From Camelus ferus (Eukaryota): a DNA stretch of 64,000 bases. How positions within the stretch are numbered: position 1 is the first letter of the stretch; each line of letters opens with the position of its first letter. The DNA is taken from the NCBI RefSeq assembly GCF_009834535.1, contig NC_045696.1, positions 37,946,001-38,010,000 on the forward strand, read 5' to 3'. This document shows, piece after piece, positions 50,526 to 64,000 of the stretch. Under the pieces are notes generated by a model that was given only the letters and a program-made list of their open reading frames with translations, was not told the DNA's origin and searched no databases. The position numbers were made by a program, and so were the translations under genes.

Positions 50526-51847
50526 AATAAACTAATCTCCTATTGGAAATCATTGATGGTTTCCTGGGAGAAGGAATATGAATATATATTAAGCTGTTAA
50601 ATGGAACTGACAAAAAGAAACATTCAAGTAGTGGAAGCAAGAAGCATCACTACATGTGGAGAGAACTGTAAGTTATTTCTTGTAGGCTACAGTCGGGGGC
50701 TGGTGACAAATCTGGGCAAGATGTCCAAGGCCAGGTCAATGAGGCTTTTATATGTCCTTTGAAGAAGCTTGGACTTTATCCTATAGGTAATATAGAGTGA
50801 TTCTTGATGGCTTTCTCAACTCTACTGAACACAGAAAATAATTTCACTATTTTCTCAATTTTTTTCAAAGACAGTGCCTAAGTGGCACCATTCTAGATGC
50901 ATAGGAAAGCAGTTAATTTACTATATGCAATGGATGTTTCAGGACTTTAGGGCTTACTTCTCACAGAAACCTATTTGACAAAAGCTAAAGGGTTTTATAA
51001 CAAAGATTACTGTAGACTTAATTTTAAATATACTACTCTTTACTTACACTTGTATCCTTTGAAATTAAAATAAAATTGAATGAGACGATAAAGTTCTCCT
51101 CATGTTCATACAGAGAATTAGATAAATTATCTGGAACAAAATATCAGACTTCTTAAAAAATAACTTGAATATCTCATGAAACATTGCTCTATTGCCTGGA
51201 ATAATCAGGAAAGAGTTCATCTCTGCTATTCCTTTTTCACCTTACATCTAACCTCAGAGCAACAACTCACACACAAACATACTTTCATAAAATATGTTCA
51301 AATTCAGTACTTCAAATCAAATTTTGACTGTGAATTGAAAGTTGGGATTTTTTTCCTTAAACTTATGCAACATATGAGAATTTGGTTTTCTGTCTGATTT
51401 CTGCTTTTCTTAGTGTCTATACAAATTGATTAACTGGAAATTTTGAATGAGAAATAATAGAAGGCCATTGTTACAGTTATAAAATTTCAATTTTAGGTAT
51501 GAACGTTGAAAATACTCATGAATAAATTTGCAACCTTATTATGGGAAGTCAACAAATTAATGTTTTCTCTGTCTCTATGATTCTATGATAGTTATTTAAA
51601 TGTTATGCCAAAATACTACATCAAATACATTAGTAACTACATGTAAAACAATAAAACATATAAGTAATATATTTATTTACAATTCAACTTTTAATTACAT
51701 TTTTATAAACTAATAATAAGAAAATTTGGGGGTCTACCAGAAACAAACTGGATGCAAGATAGTATTATATTCAAAAGTCCTTTATTCTATGATTTCAGAG
51801 ATAAATAAAAAAAATAATAAAACTTAAAGTTTCATCTGTTCCAAGTT

Positions 51848-52262
51848 ATATTAATCACGACATTCTAGTTTCACTGCCAGAAAAATTAACAATCCAAAAT
51901 CTCAATGTCTTAAATTAACAAAAGTTGTTTGTTTTTATCTTTCATATACACCAAATGTCCAATGCAAGAGAGTTGGACAACTGGGGGCAATGCTGTAAGT
52001 AGCTACTCATAAATCCAGGGTGACTGGGATTCAACAATATGACTGCCATCTCCTGCAACTTGGGAAAAGAGAATATGATAAGATCTCAACTACTGTTTTA
52101 TAACTCACCCTAGAAATGATGTCTACTAATTTTTTTACAGCCTGTTGGCCAGAAATACTCACATGTTCACACTATGTTGCAAGAAAGCTGAAAAATTTAT
52201 ATTCCAAGTGCTCAGGAAGAAGAGAAAATCTGGATAGTCGTAAATGTTAGTAACGTCTAATG
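51848..52262 (-). mobile_element. MLT1J-like MaLR LTR
   Basis: AAAATCTCA.TG.CTTAA..AACAAAAGTT, CC.AGAA.TGA, TTGGCCAGAA.TA.TCACATG, GTGC.CAGGAAGAAGAG.AAA. Confidence 0.75.
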
Positions 52263-53099
52263 TATATGCTAAATTACTAAGAACGATAATTCAATTATCA
52301 AATTTTAAAGTGGGAACCATAAATATCATGTCATCATTACTACAATGAATGAAGCAACCTGTTCAAATTGTATGTCATGAAGTGCAGTTATATAATAAAT
52401 CACTTTTCTTATGTACTGTTCACAGACTTCTTTCAAAGAGGTGCATTGGAACAAGAAGATCTTGACACAAACATCTTGAATTTATGCAAGCACATATTGT
52501 GATGAGGCTGGAAAACGCATTAATTTAGATTTGGCGAGTAATACATGTACTCAGATTTTCCTGGGAATTAGTAAAATATTCTGAATTAAAATATATGTCA
52601 AATCATTTTTACTAAATATAGAGAAAGTAATGAAATGCTTGGATTCTCAGAAGAAATTGAGTCTTTTATAACTAAGCACCACTTAAGTTCAACTACTTGT
52701 TCTTTCCACCTCACCTATCATTTAATATTGTATACTTTTTACATTTTACTTTTTTATTGATTACCTACTTAAGCACTACAGTGAAGTATGCTGAAAAGTC
52801 TATATACATAATAAGAATATTTGCCACAAATTAATGAGTTATGTAGTACAACTTAAAACTAAAATTTGATTTTCTAAAGTTTTAATTTCTTTCTATGTGA
52901 CAGACCATGAAGAACACACAGAGTGACTAAAAGTTTAAAAGGTAATGCACCCAAAATCAATAGCAATTGTTGTTTCTGATTGGTAGGATTAGGGTGTTTA
53001 TTATTCTTTGAGAGGTTTTTCTGTTTCACTTTTTACAAGTGACATTCTTTCCCATTATAATTCTGGTAACCATCAACACAAAAGATAAAAATAAATCCA

Positions 53100-53238
53100 G
53101 GGGGTAGGGTATAGCTTACATGGTAGAGTGCATGCTTAGAATATATGAGGTTCTGGGTTCAATCCCTGGAACCTCCTTTAAGAATAAATAAGTAAATAAA
53201 TTCTAATTACCTACCCCTACCAAAAAAAAAAAAAAAAA
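53100..53238 (+). mobile_element. Vic-1-type camelid tRNA(Ala)-derived SINE
   Basis: GGGG.AGGGTATAGCT..A.TGGTAGAGTGCATGCTTAG...GAGGT.CTGGGTTCAATCCC head (A and B boxes), AATAAA..CTAATTACCT.CCCC body, A17 tail, degenerate TSD AAAAATAAATCCA / AAAAGCAAATCAA. Confidence 0.88.
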
Positions 53239-53709
53239 GCAAATCAATCAATCCAACGTGAAGTCATCAGAATTTCTAAGTGAAAAAACATATCTTTTTA
53301 AAGGCAAAACAGTTAATAAACCTCAGATAAACTTTCTGTATTTGAAAGCACTCTATCATTTAATTGTTTCAACTTTAGGAAATTATAATTTTCCACCTCT
53401 TGATTATCTTCTTAAAATATATTAATAAGTGTACCCATTGTCCACCAATATTCTTCTGCTCCTGTAATACAAAGATAATTTTTTTTCTGAATATCTGATC
53501 TTCCAAAATGAAGACTGCATTTCTTACTTTTTCCTTCTCTTGTATCTATTTATGTGGCTAAGTTCTGACAAATGAAAGCTGCCATGTATCTGTTTCTAGA
53601 TATTTGCTTGTTCAACCCCCTTTTGCTGCTTCTTCCTCATCGCTTTCTTCCCATCCTTCCTTCCCAACCCCAACCACAATACTCCATGTCCCCAGCCCCT
53701 CACCATGAA

Positions 53710-53865
53710 ATAGTCAGGTGGAAGGAGCCTGGGTTTGTGAGGAATTATGGAACAGAATTGCCTTGTACATTCTTCAGTCATTTTTGAGGGAAATAAGCAT
53801 TTTTAACTTACTGTTACTTTTAGTTTTCTGCAAATTTTAGCCACCCAAAACCTTAACTTGATTAA
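53710..53865 (+). mobile_element. MLT1J/K-like LTR 3' part
   Basis: GGAAGGAGCCTGGGT...ATGGA.CAGA...GAAATAA...ACTGTTA.TTT. Confidence 0.65.
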
Positions 53866-56800
53866 TAATACCTCAAATAATTATTGTAGGGATTAAATGA
53901 GACAGTATTTGTTACAAGTTTAGCATGCTATCTCTTATGTGGTAAATGTTTAGTTATATGTTGCCTATTATTTCTCTTTTAACAGTTAATTACAATGATT
54001 TATGTGTGCTCAAGAAAAAGAAGTCTATTTAAGAAATATTTATTGACAAACCTCTTTTTCTAAGTCTTGAAAAAACAGACAGAGCTGTTTCTGCTCTAAA
54101 AAAAAATTTAGTTGGGAATAAATGCTGACATAATTACAAGAAAACAAAAGTGTATACAGCTTTTCACAGTTCAGTTATAAACTAGGTTTTGTATGGATTT
54201 AAAAGAGTTTTAAGCAATCATTATTTCACAAATAATTCATATATAAATTTAAAAATCCAAGACAAAGTTTGTAGACCAAACCCCCTCAATCACCTCTTTT
54301 ACAACAAAATACTTCATCAGACATACATATACCTTAGATTGATTCTAGGACTTGACATTTGGAAATATTTTCTTCTGATCCTCAATTTTATATCAATAAT
54401 AAACTGTTAAGCTGGCTGTTGACTTTTAATCTTCAAATTCAAACATTAAAGTTTTTTTTCAAGTAAAAAATAAAGAATAATAAATGTAAAGAAATGTTCT
54501 TCTTCTGAAAGACTGACTTCAAAAGATGAAATTATTCTTCATATGTATGTCATAGATCTGTTTGTAACAATATAGGTAACCCTCAGAGTTCATGATTGTA
54601 TATTGTAAATTAATTTTGCTGAATTTTACCATTTAATAGTTCTTTCATGGTCTTGTACTTTTTGAGACCCTATTGCCTAAAAAAAAAAAATCAGAGACTG
54701 TAGTTTGAACATTGCTTTGGTTTATTTTAGCATTATGGTCCATTTATAGTAAATGCCTAAAATTTACTTTTTAGTTATACGACCACTAGTATCTTTCAAA
54801 ATAAAGTTTAACTAGCCAAGCTTTACTCCTAACTGAAATTCCAAATTTGTAATATTCAAGTCAATGATTATATTTACTCCATCTGGAATAATGTATTCCT
54901 CAAAGAATCTTTTTAGATAATGGCCCAAGGCAAATACAATGATCAGACTAGGTGTGATATTATCCCTCTTTATTAACCCCTTACCTAATCAGTGACTTTA
55001 GTGTTAATTGATATTTTAGACTACTTTTTAGTTTTTATATGCAAACTCAAATATCAAAAATTATTTTTCAAGAAAACACTTTTATTAAAGTTTATAAGGT
55101 GATATAATTTTGTAATAGTAAAAAATATAAAATGATAAAAAAAATCTAAAAATATGTTTATTTTTACCTAAATTTTATTAAAAGCATTTGAGTTCTTTTT
55201 TTTCTGCTGAGACTAGTCACATGCCAAACCACAACAAAGAAAAATATTTAGATGACACATACAAATAATAAATAAATCAAATAATCTTATATCAGTTTAA
55301 TCAATTTGGTGATTAATGAATAAACTGAATTAGACATTAGTTAATTCCCTATTCAACAAAATACTTTAAAATTTTTTTAATCTTTTAGGGTTGTCTCAGG
55401 TCATATTTTAAACGTTAACTTTAAAAAAAAAACTTGGAAAGTAGCATTCTATCTATCATTTCCTTTAAGAATTCTCAGAGTTTAAGAAATGCATATACTT
55501 AAAAAAAAGGACATAAAATGCAAATTGATTATATATGGTCATAATAATAATTAGCAAAATATATTCATATATATTCTTTGCAACTGCACAAAAATTGTTA
55601 TATTAAATATTCAAAATTTAAAATCTAGCACTTCTTTATTTTTATCATTTAATCTTCATATTTAGAGAGGGTTGAAAAACCAATTAAAGGGCTACTTCAA
55701 TTTTAATTAGATTGTGTACAGTGATATCAGAGTCAAATCAAGTTTCAAGCCTGGTTACCCAACAAACATATGAACTTCTCTCTTCCAAAATTTGGAAGTA
55801 GTTTAAAATAAAGATAAAACTGACCCCATGTGATACTTACTTCCCTGTTGCAACTAAGAGGGAAAATTAAAAAATGAAAGGGGAATGTATTTCCAACTGC
55901 TGTGTGAAAATGTATTCAAAAGAATGGTTATATATAAAAATACAAATAAAATGGCTAATGATACATAGATAAAAAGAATATTCCTTCAAATCAAACAGAA
56001 TGAAAGTTATGATTAACAAGTATATTTTAATTTTATGACCATAATATACCTCTCCCTGTAAGATTATTTTAAAACTGAGTATTTCAAGACATTGAAAAAA
56101 AAGGAGGAAGAAAGTCTCATTTATTGGATCTGATACTGTGCTATGCATTATATTATCTCTTTTATTCTTTTGTAATGTTACATTGAAGGAAAACGGCCAA
56201 GATAAATAACTTGCCAAAGTAACTTGGTAAGTAAGATCTTTCTAATTTTAACTTCAGAGATCACAACCACAATTCTGTGCTGTCTTAATCATACTAATGA
56301 ATTTGTATAATTCTTTGCAATTTCACTATATGAACAATAACTCCCTAAACTAGAAATATAACATTATTGCCCCCAATTCTTAAAAGATAAAACAGCCCAG
56401 AGGGGCTAAATAACTTATCTGAGTTTATCTAGGTGAATAGTCCAGATTTTTTTAACCACTTACACAGAACTCTTTCCTTCTCTGTGAGATTTTTCTGTTT
56501 GATATATAATTTAGTTGAAAGCAAAATATTTGTTTACATATCTTATTTTAATACAACTTCAAATAAAAGATATGTTAAATATGTTTTTGGAAGAAGACAT
56601 TATCTTTTATTAGCCTACAATGTATGAAAATATTTTGCATATTTATGACATAATTAATAAATGAAACCATGAATAATGTTCAAATAATGCACAAATGTTG
56701 CTTAAAATTATCTTTTGCTTATTATAGTCTAAAAATAATAGTAAACTTTATTTCTTACAGATATTGGTATAAACATCATAGAACAACACAAACCACTTGT

Positions 56801-57699
56801 TACTCAGGAGAATTTTTACTATTCTCTAGTAAAAATTTTGAACACTGCACTTTGGAGCATAAGTCATTCAGAGTAATTCTTCATTCTTATCCATATCTAC
56901 TTGAATTTTTATGTCAGCTTTCCCTGTTTGTTTATATTATATGTTGTATGATGACTCTCAATGTGTGATGAGAACTGCAATCTCTGTTTAAACTGGAAAG
57001 AAAAATGCTTCTCTAATAATAAAAGAGAGCCACTGTTAAGCTGTGTTTGCTGTGACCATGAGTATGGCCATGGTTTACAAGCTGACTGATTGCCTCACTT
57101 GACTAATATATCATGCCTGACTTAGGAACAGCAGAAAGAGAAATTATAAAAATAGCCTATATATTTTTTTTATATGGGGCTAGTTTATTCTACTCTTTTT
57201 TTTTAAATCTATTCTCTGCCTTCCTCTTAAACTATACAATTTATAAGTTAATGTTTAAAACTAAAGGCAGTTTACTACAGTAACAATATAAAATAAACAA
57301 TATAAAATAAAAAGCATTAATAAAATATTATATGTCCCTTTTGATTTACTTCTTTAGAGAGCTCATTTTTTTGGCAGGTGTTTCTCTTATCTTTCACGGC
57401 TTACCTTTCAGGATGACCAAGAATAAGTTTTCACAGTCACCCTCAGAGATACAGAAATTAGATTCACCTATTATATTTTCAAACATTTTAAAATGTTGTT
57501 CCGCGTATTACCTGTTTATATTAAATGAGCTCAATTACTGCAAATTAAGAATGAAAGCTAACATTTCCCGCAATAGCATCATACTAAGATATTCACAGTT
57601 TATATTTTGGGATAAACTTTACATGTATTTTTATGTATTGCACATGTGTATGTCTATTAGTGTGTGTTTAAATACTTAAATCTGAAATAACTCTATAAT

Positions 57700-58470
57700 C
57701 TTACAGTAACACATGTACATACAACTGTATATTTTTTGTCACTTTTTACTTTACAAAAATTGGTTTATTTAGTATCCTGGGTATTATTCAGTCATTTGTG
57801 GTTGTGTTATATTTCACTAAGTGGATGAACCAGAATTTAATTAAGCTTCTGTCAGTGGACGGACATTCACTGTGCATACAGATTGTGCCTCTATCAATAA
57901 TGCTGCAATAATTAGCATTGTTTTGTGTACGTTCTTAATGTTGTGTGCTTATAATATATTTATAAAACATCTTATAAGTATGTTTGTTGGGTCAAAAATA
58001 CATCTATTTATAATTTAATATGTATTGAAAAACTGTTTTCTAAAATGATTCTGAAAATTCACACTCTTGCTAGTAATTCATAAGTTTATTCACTTTCATC
58101 ATTCCATTCACAGGAAGTATTTTAATTTTACTTATTCATACATGCATGCATTCATTTATTCATTTAGTCATGATTTTGGCCAATCTGCTGAGTGAGAAAT
58201 ATTAGCTCATTGTTTCTTTAATGTGCAATTTTTAAAATAATGGTGAATCTGAGCATATATTCACATATTTCCTAACCATTTGGATATTCCCCTTAATGTA
58301 ACACTTAATTACATACTTGTCCACTCTATTATTGTTTGTCTTCTCCTAATTAATCTGTAACATTTTGCTGTAAAGTATAGATGTTATCTCCATATTTGTT
58401 GTATTATCTGAATATAAATTTTAATTTATTATGTTTCTGAATTTTTTCCTGTTATTCAAAATAAATTGTT
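57700..58470 (-). mobile_element. Old L1 (L1ME/L1MC-type) 3' ORF2 fragment
   Basis: AATAATGCTGCAAT.A..A.CATTG, TTG.TGGGTCAAA, TTT.GCCAATCTG.TG.GTGA.AAAT, CTGAGCAT..TTCA.AT.TTT..T.ACCATTTG. Confidence 0.75.
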
Positions 58471-58770
58471 CACTGGTAGTTAAAACCAACACAACCCCCT
58501 TTTGCCTTAGATCTCAACCCCTCTTCCACACTGAAACAAAGCATTCCAGGAAATTTTGTTACCCTGCTAAATCATCACATTTTTATTCATAGGCATAAAA
58601 ACATGATGTTATTTCTCCCATCTTAAAGGAAATCCACCTCTGGAATTTAGCCTTCAGTGATCCACTATTTCCCTAGACATTTTACACGAAAACTCCTTTA
58701 ATGAGTGCTCTGTACCCTAGCTACTCAAAGAGTGGTCCTTGACTGGTACCATTACATTATTTGTCTTTTT

Positions 58771-59292
58771 TGAAAACTTAAAGGAATGTACTCCTTTCAA
58801 TGCTTGACATTTGCTCTCTGTTCTGACAAGATATAAAACTATGGTTCAGGCATCCAAAATGGAAGCCAGGTGGCCATTTTGGATGTGGTTTCAGACACAT
58901 TTTTGCAGCACTGAGAACTTGAATTTTCTGAACTGTATCAAACTCAAGGACACCACTCGCCATTTTCAAAACAATAACCACTAGCTGCTACAAGCTACAG
59001 CTTTATTGTCTTACAGTCTCCCCTTGTAACTATGCAACCATTTTGGATGCCAACCAGTCTTTACTTAACAAGCACCCTTACTTCTTGCCAACTCCATTCC
59101 TAATTCTTGACAAACAATTTATGCAACTTTGTGGAGTTTGCCTACATAAGCCTTCCACACTTTGTAGTCCGGTGAAGCACAATTCAAGTGCTTCTTGAAT
59201 CTGTGTCTCCCAGGCTATTGTCCTCAGTTTGGCTTGAATAAAACTCTTTTTTATTCCTGTCATAGATCATTTATCGATTATTTGTATCAACA
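58771..59292 (+). mobile_element. ERV1 (MER34/MER41-like) solo LTR
   Basis: TG...CA ends; U5 CTTGAATCTGTGTCTCCCAGGCTATTGTCCTCA..TTGGCTTGAATAAAACTCTT...CAACA; flanks do not form a TSD. Confidence 0.85.
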
Positions 59293-59800
59293 AAGTCAAT
59301 GTTCTTCATGATCCCTAGATTACTCCAGGATCTGGCTTTTGTTGCTTCTCTTGTTTTGTTTCCTATAATTCATCACACTTCTTGCTCCATTCTTGTCATA
59401 CTGGCTATGCTATTTGAGTAAGTCAGTTTTCCTTCTACCTATAGGCCTTTCCATCTGCTGTGCCATAAACTTGGAATTCTCTTTCCTTAGATAGAAGACT
59501 GACTTGCTCTCTCACCTCCTTTAAATCCTAAAATGTCATCTTTTCAGTGAGACAGAGTCAACCATCTATTTAAAAATTTACCCCTAATGCCAGTTTCTCT
59601 CCTTTATCAAGCTTCAAAATTCTTCACATAGTTTACAAATTATTACTATATCATATAATAAATATTACTTTTTAGTTATTGACTTTTTCTTCTATAATAT
59701 ATATAATATAATATATATTATGGAAAATATTTTTTTTTACTTCTAGTCACTTCTATATTAGTAAATCTGAAAAATGCTCAAATTATTGACTGGATGAGTT
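59293..59800 (+). mobile_element. L2 3' region
   Basis: GGCCTTT.CA.CTGCTGT.CC....CTTGGAA..CTCTT.CC..AGATA; AAATGTCA.CTT.TCAGTGAG. Further L2 remnants at 58480-58720, 60300-61020 and 61930-62700. Confidence 0.7.
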
Positions 59801-62800
59801 AATAATATTTACTAGGTCTTAACAATTTATATATTTTGAATATATTTTTATTATAGGAAAGAGGATGAAAAATGTATTTTATCATATTACCTTGAAAACA
59901 TATTTAGTAGTGAGAAATGTGGTCCTTAAATAAAAGTACCTTCAGAAAACCTAGTAAAAACAAAATCTCGGTGATAAAGTATCCCCATAAGATGCTTTAT
60001 TATTAGAGCCCTGATTACAAGCCATAGATTTGAAGTACATTTCAGTAGCTCAGATGTGTATTTATTTTAGGGCCAACACTTCTCAATTTTGTCATTATGA
60101 GAGAAAGTTGGCTTCTCCAAGGTAACTATTGACAATCAAGACAAATAGACTTCTCAGGCCTAATTGTTTTAACAATTAGTATCTCTGGTTGCTCATTAAC
60201 TTAATTCAGAATTTACTCCTAAAAATGATTTTACATGTTTATATATGATGTTTGCAGACTGAACCTAGAAGGTGCTTGTGCCTATCTACAACCAATCCAA
60301 CAATATTTACTTTGGAGCTCCTCTCTCCTGCCCCCTGGGGCTCTGTGTACTATAGATTAATCTTTATTTCTCATGTTTCATGATTTCTCTCCATCAACTC
60401 AAATATCTAAAAGTGTCTCACATTTAATTAAGAAAGAGAAAAAAAAAAATGTAACCCAAATTTCCTGTCAGCACTTCTTTGCTCTCCAAACTTCTTACTG
60501 AATTAGTTTTATATGCTTTTTTTCTTTCTCTCCATACCTCAAAGTCTTTGTTTAGCCTACTGCATTTGCCTTCTACCATTTTGCTACCATCATTTTACTT
60601 CCATCATAAATAGAGAAAGAGATAAGATAGATAGGACAGATAGGAGATACATATATATTCTAATAAATTCTAACCATCAATTAACTCCATATTTTTTGGC
60701 TATGATTGCACAACCATTCAGTAACAATACTGTTGACCATTTCCTCCTCCAAACACATTTGTTTGTCCTCTTTAGGCTTTATCATATTGTCCTTTCCCTC
60801 CCTAACGGTCTGGCCGCAGTCCTCCATTCTTTTTGCTATTCCTCTCCTTTCACTCGTTCCCTAAATGCCATCTTTTCCTTAGAAATTAGTCTTTGGAAAT
60901 TCACATTTTCCATGGGCCATTTACACTCTGTGGTTACTCTAAGTGTGCTAATGTAGAACCAATATGAACTCCAACTGTGAGTACACTATCTGGTCCACAA
61001 CAGGTGCACAGTAAAATATAGTTCACATCCCTTTTCCCTCTTCAATGGCAGCACAGGATGTTTAATTATCAGTTAGCTGTTTGTTTTGGGAGAGACAGTT
61101 TTCCACTTCAGGGAAGAAAACTGCCTACTCTGACCTAGTTTCAAAGAGGTCTGAAATTTAGTAAGATTAACTTCCTTCCGGTATACAGCTCCTAAAGTCA
61201 CCTTTATTAAATGATGAATATTTATCATTTGATACTAGCTCAGGAGATAAAACAGCAGAATTACACAAAAGCTTACTTCTTAAACAAAACTCTAATTCAC
61301 TATGAGAAACCTAATTATTATCCCAGAACTACTGAAAAGTATATATTGACAGGAAGCAAAATAATATGCAGAAAGTTGGTTGTTAAACTTACAATCACTT
61401 AAGTAGATAATGTATCTTTATATCTCCACTTTAACTACAAATTTCAAACTAATTTCCTAGATGCTTCAACTCTTTCAGCAAAGCTTGGGTAAGACTCTTA
61501 TGCTTTTTTTTTTCATGACTTTATACTGCCTACCTTCAGACAACTTACTTTACTTTTCAAATAATATTCACTAGAGTTGAAAAGTTGTCATTTCTTAGTT
61601 TATTGAAATAATAAGTAAATATAAAAGCCACAATATTTTAGACCATCACAACAGTTAGTTATATGTACAAAGGAGAAGCTTTTTATGCTGTTTAAAATAA
61701 TTTTACAATTAATGGAAATTCAATCTCCAAGATCCCAAAGTAGACCCTAGACACCCTATGTATTCATTTGATTATGCTACTACAATAGTTAATTTAAGAA
61801 ATGCTGCTGTGAGACATGCTGGAATCAATATTTTAGGTAGTGAACATTGTCTCTTCTTTACAGAATAAAGATTCTTAGAATCCAATATTTGTGAACTCAT
61901 GTCAGGAATTTGTTTCCATGTACATATTTCATATGTCTTGTCTGGTCCCTTGCCCTGTATTTATTCTTCAGTCCTTCCATAGTCTCACTCTCTGATTCCA
62001 TCCAGTCAGTAGCTTCATAATTATCTCTAAAACCCATCTCTTCACCTTCACTGCTCCTGCCTTAATTCAACTTTCCAATAATTCTTCATAAAGACAATGT
62101 TAATATCATCCTAAGTAATTTATTTCTCTCATATTTTCTAGTAATTCTTTGACTTAATATTGAAGTCATCATTATGAAAAAATCTCCATTCCTCATTTCA
62201 AACTACCTTTTTACTAACTTTCCAGTTCCCAGAATGAGTCATAAATTTTCAAAATAACATAACATTCTTCTCTTTTGTGTTTTCCCATCTTAATATTAAA
62301 TGGTCTAAGATCCAGTTTTGATGTCACTTCCCAATATGAAACTTTTCTAATTCTCAGGCATATTTTTCACTGCCATATAATATAGTGGCTTGATTGATGA
62401 CCTTGGTCAAGTTATTTAATCTCTATGACTTAAGTTCCCCTCTCTGAAGAAAGGCATAAAATAAATTAAATATTTTATAACAATGTCTGGAACTTAGTAA
62501 GAACTATATAATACTAACTATTTTATTATTATCATTACTATTAATATTACATTTATTCCAGCATACTTTTGTTAGAATAGGTTTCTTCCCCCCTAAACAA
62601 TAATATTACTAAATTCAGGAATAAGTCATTCTTTTCATTTGGAAAACCAATCACAATGCCTTAATTTAGTAGGTTTCCGTAGATATATGATCGTAAGTAA
62701 AAGAAAATAATTAATGAGCTAATATCAGTTAGTAAGTTATTCAGGGGCAGGGACAGACTTGATGAAATCCAGAATTTTAACCTGAGTGAGGGGATAGAAC

Positions 62801-63119
62801 CAGTGACTATGTGCCTTACTGTAAAACTTGGAGAAATTGCTAACAGGGGCATTCCCTGGGGAAAGAAAGGTAAAGAAAGAAGTACTAAAATTTTGACAGT
62901 GGCTCTTACACCAGAAACTAGTATCTGCAGTAAGTAAATATATATTTTGGAATTTTTAGTCTGTTTCCTAAACAAGGAATTAAAAAGAGAAATGATGATT
63001 ATTGTATTGTTAGTCTATTAATCTATTGTTGTGTGATAATATACCTTAAAACTTATCAGCCTGTAACCAGCATTTGATTATATAAACATTTTGAAAAGCT
63101 GAAGTATTTATTGTTATTA

Positions 63120-63342
63120 ACACTGCTGCTACGAACTGCTGCTACAAACAGTGGAGTGCATGTATCCCTTCCAAGCAGAGTTTTCTCCAGATACATGCCA
63201 AGTGGGATTGTTGGATCATATGGCAACTCTATTTTTAGTTTTTTAAGGAAACTCCATATTGTTTTCCATATAGTGGCTGCACTGATTTACATTCCCATCC
63301 ACAGTGGAGGAAGGGTTCCCTTTTCTCCACACCCTCTCCAGA
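63120..63342 (-). mobile_element. Young L1 ORF2 C-terminal fragment without 3' UTR
   Basis: GTGGGATTG.TGGATCATATGG.AACTCTATTTTTAGTTTTTTAAGGAA.CTCCATA.TGTTTTCCA...AGGGTTCCCTTTTCTCCACACCCTCTCCAG; translates [18 protein letters not shown] (ORF2 cysteine-rich region). Confidence 0.92.
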
Positions 63343-64000
63343 TTTTGGGTTTTTTTTTTTTTTAATTGCATTCTTAAAGTGCCTTTCAAATTTTTGCTTT
63401 ACCCACAGTACTTCCACATGTTCATCATGATTCTCTATCATCATCTTCATCAGTAGCAACCATAGAAGCCACTCTCAATTATCTTTACAATAGTGATTAA
63501 GGGAGATATGTTTATGATCTCTTTGAACTCTAAGAGTTTACATACTTTGTCCAAGACTTGAATATTTCTATACTCATCAGAGGATGGTATTTTCAATATA
63601 AAATTAATTTTTCTAACTAAAAATGAGAATAAAATGAAATAGCAATAATTATTCATGAATCATAAATTTTTGTGCTTCTTTTCATGCATCTAACAATCAC
63701 TTTTTATTTACATTTTCATTATTTCTTTTCTGATCATTTCATTTATATAGTAGCTTATTCTTCATAACAATGATTAAACAAGTCATATGTTGACACATTA
63801 ACAATGATATGCCAATAATCAAAGTCTTCTTTTCCCAGTAGCAGAGAAGCATAAGAAACTCTAATGTTTTAAGACAATCAGTTTCCAGTGCATGGAAAGA
63901 GAAGAAAAATTTTTATAAACTCCTTATATATTTTAGAAATAATTTTAGTAACAACTCTTCAACATTTTATGGATATTTCTTTGTTAATCTTCTACAATTT

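Noticed and set aside
53100..53176. tRNA-Ala-like sequence
   Set aside because: It is a SINE head: stems and anticodon arm are mutated, and it is followed by a SINE body and A tail.
60513..60956. 147-aa ORF, the longest in the track
   Set aside because: It lies in pyrimidine-rich L2 remnant DNA that is depleted of stop codons.
63370..63600. Minus-strand DEHVEVLWVK resembling a CR1 endonuclease motif
   Set aside because: Single short motif without the neighbouring conserved motifs.
1..64000. CRISPR arrays, operons, rRNA genes, CpG-island promoter
   Set aside because: None seen; the sequence is CpG-depleted mammalian non-coding DNA.

Overview
AT-rich, CpG-depleted mammalian DNA, most likely camelid because it carries a tRNA-Ala-derived Vic-1-type SINE at 53100-53238. 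I find no supportable host protein-coding exon, so this is a gene desert or a large intron. It is dominated by interspersed repeats: old and younger L1s (a twin-primed inverted L1, and a TSD-flanked L1 lacking ORF2), L2, MIR, MaLR/ERVL/ERV1 LTRs, and MER8 and Charlie1 DNA transposons. The standout is a ~750-bp non-repeat segment at ~20660-21420 (+). Its translation, across several frameshifts and stops, aligns by eye and colinearly to bornavirus proteins: the glycoprotein C-terminal tail, an essentially full-length matrix (M) gene, and the N-terminus of the L polymerase. This is a candidate endogenous bornavirus-like element with the G-M-L gene order of carbo-/culterviruses. A 5'-truncated EPHX1 retrocopy lies 1.1 kb away. 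Repeat family names and viral alignments rest on remembered sequences, not database searches, and need confirming by RepeatMasker/Dfam and BLASTX/HHpred.
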